A DNA stretch of 64,000 nucleotides from Planctomycetota bacterium (lineage in GTDB: Bacteria > Planctomycetota > B15-G4): the NCBI GenBank assembly GCA_038212275.1, contig JBBQUR010000008.1:128001-192000 (forward strand), in the 5' to 3' direction. This document shows, piece by piece, positions 58,760 through 64,000 of this stretch. How positions within the stretch are numbered: position 1 is the first letter of the stretch; the number at the start of each line of letters is the position of its first letter. The notes beneath the pieces are model-generated. The model saw only the letters and a program-made list of their open reading frames with translations. It was not told the origin of the DNA and did not search any database. Both the position numbers and the translations under genes were made by a program.

Positions 58760-61222
58760 TCATTCGGCGGATGATACCGCTGGCAGCCGCCGCCACCACA
58801 GCAGTGCTGCCCCTGCGTAACAACCGGCTCCGCACAGAAGCGTCACTCGGAAACCGACCTCCATCGCCAGCATCGTGGCCAGCGGCCCGCAGAGCACGGA
58901 GGCCAGGCCGTTGCCGAGGAAGGCCGTCGACAGGAAAATTCCGTCGGCGGCAGCAGCGCCACGCCCGCCGCGCGACAGCAGCGCGCGCACGGCCAGCGGA
59001 AAGGGCATGCCGAGCAGCAGCCCCGGCAGTGCGAGGTAGGCGATGACCGCGGCCACGCGCTCAGACTGGTGCATGCCCGCGATCGCGGCGACGAGCGCAT
59101 CGTGCCCGCCGACCAGCAGCCCGGAGATGACGACCGCCGCAAGCAGAGCGACCCACGGCAGCACCGACGCCGTCCGCGCCGACGGCACGCGCGAGGCGAG
59201 CAGCGCCCCGAGTCCCGACCACACGAGCAGCGCCACGAGCACGACGGCCACGGCGAACACCGGATGCCCGAGCGGCAGCGCCAGCCGCTGCATGAGCGGC
59301 AGCTCGACGGCGAGGTAGCCGAAGCCGAGCAGCACGAAGGGCAGCACGATGCCGCCGGCAGACTCGCTCGGCCCTCGCGCGTGGGCGCCGGGCGCGTCCC
59401 ATCCCGAAGCCTCTCCGGGACGCCGCGTGCCGCGCGCGAGCAGCAGCAGCGGCACGCAGAGCAGCGCCAGCACCGCGAAGCTGGCCACGAGCACTTCCTG
59501 CCCGCCCATGCGGTCGCGGACCCAGTCACCCTCCGCGCCGAAGAGCGTGCCCAGCCGGCTGTACTCGAAGAAGAAGGGCCGGTCGTCGGTGGTGGGCTCC
59601 ACGTCGTAAGGGTAGGTGGCGATGAAGTGCGTGGGGTCGGGCGGCAGGAGCGCGGCGAGGTAGGTCTGATGGCTGGGCGTGTCGAGCCCGAACATCGGCG
59701 CAGCGCCGCGCTGTTCGCAGGCCGCCCGCAGCCGGGCGATCATCGCCGAGTCGAAGTCGCCGTTGCGCAGCAGGAAGAGCGAGTTCAGCTCGGCCCGCGC
59801 GATGAAAATGCGCAGCCCGGGCTGCGCCACGCCCTGCTCGCGCAGCACCTTCGCGGCGGTGAGCGCGAGGCGCAGCGTCTGGCGCGGCGGCTCGAACCAC
59901 CAGCGCGTCATGCCCAGCACGCCGCCGGGCTGCAGGTGTCGCAGGTAGGTCGCGAAGGCCTCGGTCGTGTAGAGGAAGTTCTCCGACAGCGCGAAGGCGC
60001 CGGCCTCCGTCGCCGCAAACGTGTCCACGCCCGAGAGGACGATGCGGTCATAGCGGCGGGTGTCGCGCTCGAGAAAGGCGCGACCCTCGCCGACGACGAC
60101 CTCCACGCGCGGGTCGTCGTACAGGCCGTCGGTCCAGGCGCGGAAACGTTCGCGCACGGCGTCCACGATGAGCGGGTTGAGCTCCACCGCGGTGACGTGT
60201 CGCGCGCCTGCCGCCAGCGCGGCCTGCACGTCGATGCCGCCGCCTGCGCCGATGACCAGCGCGTCGAAGCCCGGCGCGGCGCCCTCGTAGAAGAGCGTCG
60301 GCGGGTAGTAAGGCAGCACCGCATCGTTGTCGGCGCCGGGCACGCGCCGCAGCACCGGCGTGATCGCCCAGGCGTCGATCGCGATGCCCTTCGTGTCCGG
60401 CAGCGGTGCCGTGCAGGACGGCGGCAGCGCCCAGAGCCCCTGGTGCTCAGGGTTCTCGTAGAGCGTGACGCGGGAGAAGCTGTTCCATTCTTCGGCGATC
60501 ACGCGCTCGGGTGGCACGTGCGGGTAGTGCTTGCGACTGTCCACCGGCAGCACCTCGTCCGGCGCGAGCAGCAGCAGCGCAATGACCGCCACCGCGACGA
60601 CGCGCCCCGCCAGGCTGCCGCGACCCGCGGCGCTCGCGATGGCCGGTGCGCCGCCGACCTGCGCCTTCGCGAGCAGCATCGCGCCGACGAGTGGCAGCGC
60701 CGCCAGCGCGGCGAGCACCGTGGCCGGCTCGATGAAATCCATCGCCGCCACCGTCAGCGCGGCGCCGGCGGCCCCGCCGAGAAAGGTCGCCGCGTAGGTC
60801 GGGGCGAGCCCCTCGCCTGCGCGGTCCAGCAGCGCACAGATAAGCGTGCCCAGCAGCGCGAAGGGCACGGCGAGGAGCAGACCCATCGCGAGCAGCACAC
60901 CGGGCGCGGACCAGTCGGCGAGCAGGGCCGTCGGGTCGAGCGGCAGCTTCACGACGACGATGAGCGCCAGCGGCAGCGCGATCGCGGCCAGCGCCGCGAG
61001 CCGCGGCAGGTTCAGGCCGCCGCCACGCAGCCCCGTCCTGCGGACTGCGCGCCGCACGACCACGCCGCCCGCCGCATATCCCAGCAGCGCGAGGCTCACC
61101 GCAAAAAACGCGAGGTGGTACCAGAGCAGCACGGAGAACACGCGCGGCAGCAGCACCTGAGCGCCGAGCACGCAGGCGGACAACAGCGCCGCGACGAGGA
61201 CCTCTGCCCGGCGCATCGACAT
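58760..61222 (-). CDS. Polytopic membrane protein with central spermidine-synthase-like SAM-binding domain
   Basis: TM block, WNSFSRV, LVIGAGGGIDV, VTAVELNP, GEGRAFL, ENFLYTTEAF, TTDDRPFF, second TM block (LGFGYLAVE, MPFP, NGLASV). Confidence 0.9.
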   Translation of the reverse strand: MSMRRAEVLVAALLSACVLGAQVLLPRVFSVLLWYHLAFFAVSLALLGYAAGGVVVRRAVRRTGLRGGGLNLPRLAALAAIALPLALIVVVKLPLDPTALLADWSAPGVLLAMGLLLAVPFALLGTLICALLDRAGEGLAPTYAATFLGGAAGAALTVAAMDFIEPATVLAALAALPLVGAMLLAKAQVGGAPAIASAAGRGSLAGRVVAVAVIALLLLAPDEVLPVDSRKHYPHVPPERVIAEEWNSFSRVTLYENPEHQGLWALPPSCTAPLPDTKGIAIDAWAITPVLRRVPGADNDAVLPYYPPTLFYEGAAPGFDALVIGAGGGIDVQAALAAGARHVTAVELNPLIVDAVRERFRAWTDGLYDDPRVEVVVGEGRAFLERDTRRYDRIVLSGVDTFAATEAGAFALSENFLYTTEAFATYLRHLQPGGVLGMTRWWFEPPRQTLRLALTAAKVLREQGVAQPGLRIFIARAELNSLFLLRNGDFDSAMIARLRAACEQRGAAPMFGLDTPSHQTYLAALLPPDPTHFIATYPYDVEPTTDDRPFFFEYSRLGTLFGAEGDWVRDRMGGQEVLVASFAVLALLCVPLLLLARGTRRPGEASGWDAPGAHARGPSESAGGIVLPFVLLGFGYLAVELPLMQRLALPLGHPVFAVAVVLVALLVWSGLGALLASRVPSARTASVLPWVALLAAVVISGLLVGGHDALVAAIAGMHQSERVAAVIAYLALPGLLLGMPFPLAVRALLSRGGRGAAAADGIFLSTAFLGNGLASVLCGPLATMLAMEVGFRVTLLCGAGCYAGAALLWWRRLPAVSSAE

Positions 61223-61312
61223 GGGCGACAGGCTAACCGGCTCGCAGCGCACTTGCACCCGGCGCGGCGTCCGCGCTTGCACCACGACATCCACCGCACC
61301 ACACTGCGGCGC

Positions 61313-63208
61313 ATGAGCCCGTCGCCGCCGCGCTGGATCCTGCCCGCGATCCTCGCGCTCGCCGCCGCGCTGCGCCTGCTGGCCTGGCACGGCGCGGTGG
61401 TCATGACCAACGACGGCCCGGACTTTCTCTGGCAGGCCGGGCGACTGCTGGAGGGCGACCTGCCGGGCGCGCTGTCGCACCCCTATCACCCGCTCTACGC
61501 GGCGGCGACGGCGCTGGCGACGCCGCTCGCCCGCAGCGTGCTGCACGCCGCGCTCGCCGTGTCGATTCTTTCCGCGCTGTCGATCGTGCTCGCGGTTCGC
61601 GCGCTGGCCGCCCGCCTCTTTCCGGGGCAACGCGCGGTGCCCGAGGTGGCGGCGCTGCTTGCCGCGGTGCACGGTCGCCTGGCCATCACGACCTCGGACA
61701 TCCAGAGCGACGGACTCTTCCTCGCACTGGTGGCGCTGGCCTTCGCCACGCTGCTGGCCGCCAGCGAGCGCGGCGGTTGCCGACGACGCCTCGCACTGGC
61801 CGGCCTGCTCACCGGCCTCGCCTACCTCGCACGGCCCGAGGGACTGTTCCTCGTCGGCGTCGCCGTCCTGTGGTGGTTGGTCGCCGTCACGCGCCGCGCC
61901 CCGTCGGTGGTGGCCGGCGTGCCCAGTGCGTCGGGCGCGTCGGGCGCGTCGGGCGTGCCGGGCGTGCCGGGCGTGCGGGCGGCGTCGGCCGAGACGCACG
62001 CGACGGGACACTCACTTGCCGCCGGGCCGAGACCGGATGTCGTGCGTGCGAGCACCGGCCTGGCGTGCTTCCTTGTCGGCACCGCCGTCTGCGTGCTGCC
62101 GTATGTGTGGGCGCTGCATGATCTGTCCGGGCGCTGGGGACTGTCGCTCAAGCCGTCGTTCGCGGCCGTCGGCCTGAGCGAGGCCGGCGCGGAGTGGGCG
62201 CTGCCCGCCGGCTGTCCGCTCGCCAGCCCTGTGGTCTACCGGGCCCCGGCCGGCGCCGTGACCGCGATGCCCGAGGGCGTGCGCCGCACCGCCGAAGACG
62301 CAGGGGCCTCGGGCGCCACGGCCTCCAGCCTCCCCGCCGCGTCGACCGACGACACGCAGATCGCCGCCACGGAGCCGCCCGCGGCGCCCGCGGCGCACGG
62401 AGCGCACGGGGCGCGAGTCGATCCGGGCGTTGACACGTCGGCTGACGCGGAAGACAGGGACGATGATGCGACGACGGAGCGCGGCGCCCTCGCGGCCTTG
62501 CTGCCGTCCGTGGTGCATGCGGCCGCCGTGCTCATCGCTGCGTTGCGCGTGGACACCGCGCTGCTGTCACTCGTCGGACTGGCGCTGCTCTGGCGCAGCC
62601 GACGCGGCATGGCAAAGGCGACGCTCGCCCTGGTCGGCGCGTGGTTCGTGATCGCCGCGCTGCACTCATGGTTGAGCCACGGGCTCAGTGCGCGGCACAC
62701 GCTGCTGGCCACGGTGCTGCTGCTGCCGCTGGCCGGCGCGGGCCTCGTCCGGCTGTGGACGCTGGCCGGCGCCTGGCGTGCCGCGCGCACCCACGGCTCG
62801 GGCACGGCCGGCCGCCGCGTGGCAGGAGTGTCCCTGCGCATCGCGCTCGTGCTGGTGCTGGCGGCGCATGCCGTCGCCGGCGTGCGGCCGCGGCATGTCG
62901 GCTCGGAGCCCCGCCTCGCCGCCCTCGCGTGGGCCGCGCAACACACGCAGCCCGGCCAGCGCCTCGCGGTGGAGCGGCGCAAGGACAGCTTCTACAGCGG
63001 CCGCCCGGTGCTCGAGGTCGCGCTGCCGTGTTTCGATGCGGAGCTCCTCGACAAGCTGACGCGCCACGACGTCGCGCTGCTCGTGCTCGACGAGCAGTCC
63101 GTGCAGCGCGCCGCCCCCCACTGGTTGACGGGCGGCCGCTTCGTCGAGCGCGCCCGCTTCGGCAGCGGATCGGACACGGTGCTGGTGCTGGCGCTCGTCC
63201 GCGACTGA
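61313..63208 (+). CDS. GT-C-like (family 39-like) membrane glycosyltransferase
   Basis: AALRL..NDG, YHPLY, QSDGLF, GLAYLARPEG, ARH.L, many TM helices. Confidence 0.8.
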   Translation: MSPSPPRWILPAILALAAALRLLAWHGAVVMTNDGPDFLWQAGRLLEGDLPGALSHPYHPLYAAATALATPLARSVLHAALAVSILSALSIVLAVRALAARLFPGQRAVPEVAALLAAVHGRLAITTSDIQSDGLFLALVALAFATLLAASERGGCRRRLALAGLLTGLAYLARPEGLFLVGVAVLWWLVAVTRRAPSVVAGVPSASGASGASGVPGVPGVRAASAETHATGHSLAAGPRPDVVRASTGLACFLVGTAVCVLPYVWALHDLSGRWGLSLKPSFAAVGLSEAGAEWALPAGCPLASPVVYRAPAGAVTAMPEGVRRTAEDAGASGATASSLPAASTDDTQIAATEPPAAPAAHGAHGARVDPGVDTSADAEDRDDDATTERGALAALLPSVVHAAAVLIAALRVDTALLSLVGLALLWRSRRGMAKATLALVGAWFVIAALHSWLSHGLSARHTLLATVLLLPLAGAGLVRLWTLAGAWRAARTHGSGTAGRRVAGVSLRIALVLVLAAHAVAGVRPRHVGSEPRLAALAWAAQHTQPGQRLAVERRKDSFYSGRPVLEVALPCFDAELLDKLTRHDVALLVLDEQSVQRAAPHWLTGGRFVERARFGSGSDTVLVLALVRD

Positions 63209-63390
63209 GGCGCCGCGCGACGGCGGACGGTCCGCGTCGCGCACCATCCGCGAGGCGCACCGTCCGCGTCACGCGACGGCACAACGGCGCGACGGCATGA
63301 CCGCGGGAGCCGGTTGCGCGAGCTGCGCAAGGCATGCCAGCCCGCGCGCGGGGTCTGCTATCGTCGGCCGTCCTCACCGGGAGAGTCGCC

Positions 63391-63915
63391 ATGAAACTGA
63401 TGCGCGTCGCGATGCTCATGCTGCTGCTGCTGGTCCTCGGCGCGGTGGCGCTGTACCAGTACCGGTCCATGCCGTCGGTCGCCTTCGTGGGCGGAGTCGG
63501 CGACGAGATCCACCTCGACGACTTCGGCGCGACGCTGGTCTCCAGCGAGAGGCGGCCGGGGCTTGGCGAGGGCCCGTCGCACATCGGCGCCAAGGGCGTG
63601 TTCGTCCTGGTGCAGGTGCGCATCAGCAATCACGCACGGCGCGTGAACTTCCAGTTCGAGGACCGCTACCTGCGCCTCGTGGACAAGCGCGGCCGCGAGT
63701 TCGAGGTGGCTCCCGAAGCGCAGAAATACCTGCGCGCCTCGCGCGCCAGCGGCTGCGCCGGCGCGCTGCCGCCCGGCGGCGTGTGCACCACGGAGCTGGT
63801 CTACGACGTGCCGGTCGACGCGCAGGACCTGCAGCTGCGCATGCGCTTCGCCGGCCAGCTGCTCGACATGCTGGACACGCTGGTGTACGGCAAGCAGCGC
63901 CTCAAGCTGCCCTGA
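63391..63915 (+). CDS. DUF4352-like membrane-anchored Ig-fold protein
   Basis: GGAG RBS, N-terminal TM, GVFVLVQVRISN, LVDKRGREF, LPPG..ELVYDVP. Confidence 0.75.
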   Translation: MKLMRVAMLMLLLLVLGAVALYQYRSMPSVAFVGGVGDEIHLDDFGATLVSSERRPGLGEGPSHIGAKGVFVLVQVRISNHARRVNFQFEDRYLRLVDKRGREFEVAPEAQKYLRASRASGCAGALPPGGVCTTELVYDVPVDAQDLQLRMRFAGQLLDMLDTLVYGKQRLKLP

Positions 63916-64000
63916 GAACGCGGCACAGGCGAGTGAGCGCGCGCGCGCGCCGCGCTTCGGGCAGCCCGCGGACAGCACCGTCGCCCCGCGCCCGAGGCGC

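Overview
High-GC bacterial chromosomal segment. The gene content (MoxR/DUF58/BatA-vWA operon, zinc-ribbon SpoVG, AroDE fusion, ECF sigma factor plus WD40 Ser/Thr kinase, many secreted FG-GAP/HAF proteins) suggests a Planctomycetota genome; this is an inference. About 47 coding regions are supported. They include a MoxR-vWA envelope operon flanked by two paralogous beta-propeller proteins, an FtsB-like gene, eno, and a psd-pssA-folK-panC-panD-ispE-spoVG-DUF2520-aroDE gene string. Further on are a B12 radical SAM enzyme, three large secreted proteins, two spermidine-synthase-like membrane proteins, two GT-C-like glycosyltransferases, a GT2, a CLC transporter, an M16 protease, TerC and a UvrD/Rep helicase. 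I recognised no rRNA, tRNA, CRISPR array or transposase. The strongest candidate for an undescribed system is at 25.5-33.5 kb: three unrelated secreted proteins end in the same ~120-aa C-terminal domain, and each has its own sigma54-type -24/-12 promoter, suggesting a co-regulated export or surface-sorting system. Other highlights are a head-to-head ECF/kinase pair sharing one symmetric -10 element, a CX5R phosphatase-fold/cytochrome c lipoprotein, an unannotated 34-aa histone-H1-like gene, repeated signs of leaderless transcripts, and a GH15 pseudogene. All calls come from reading motifs by eye; no database searches were run.
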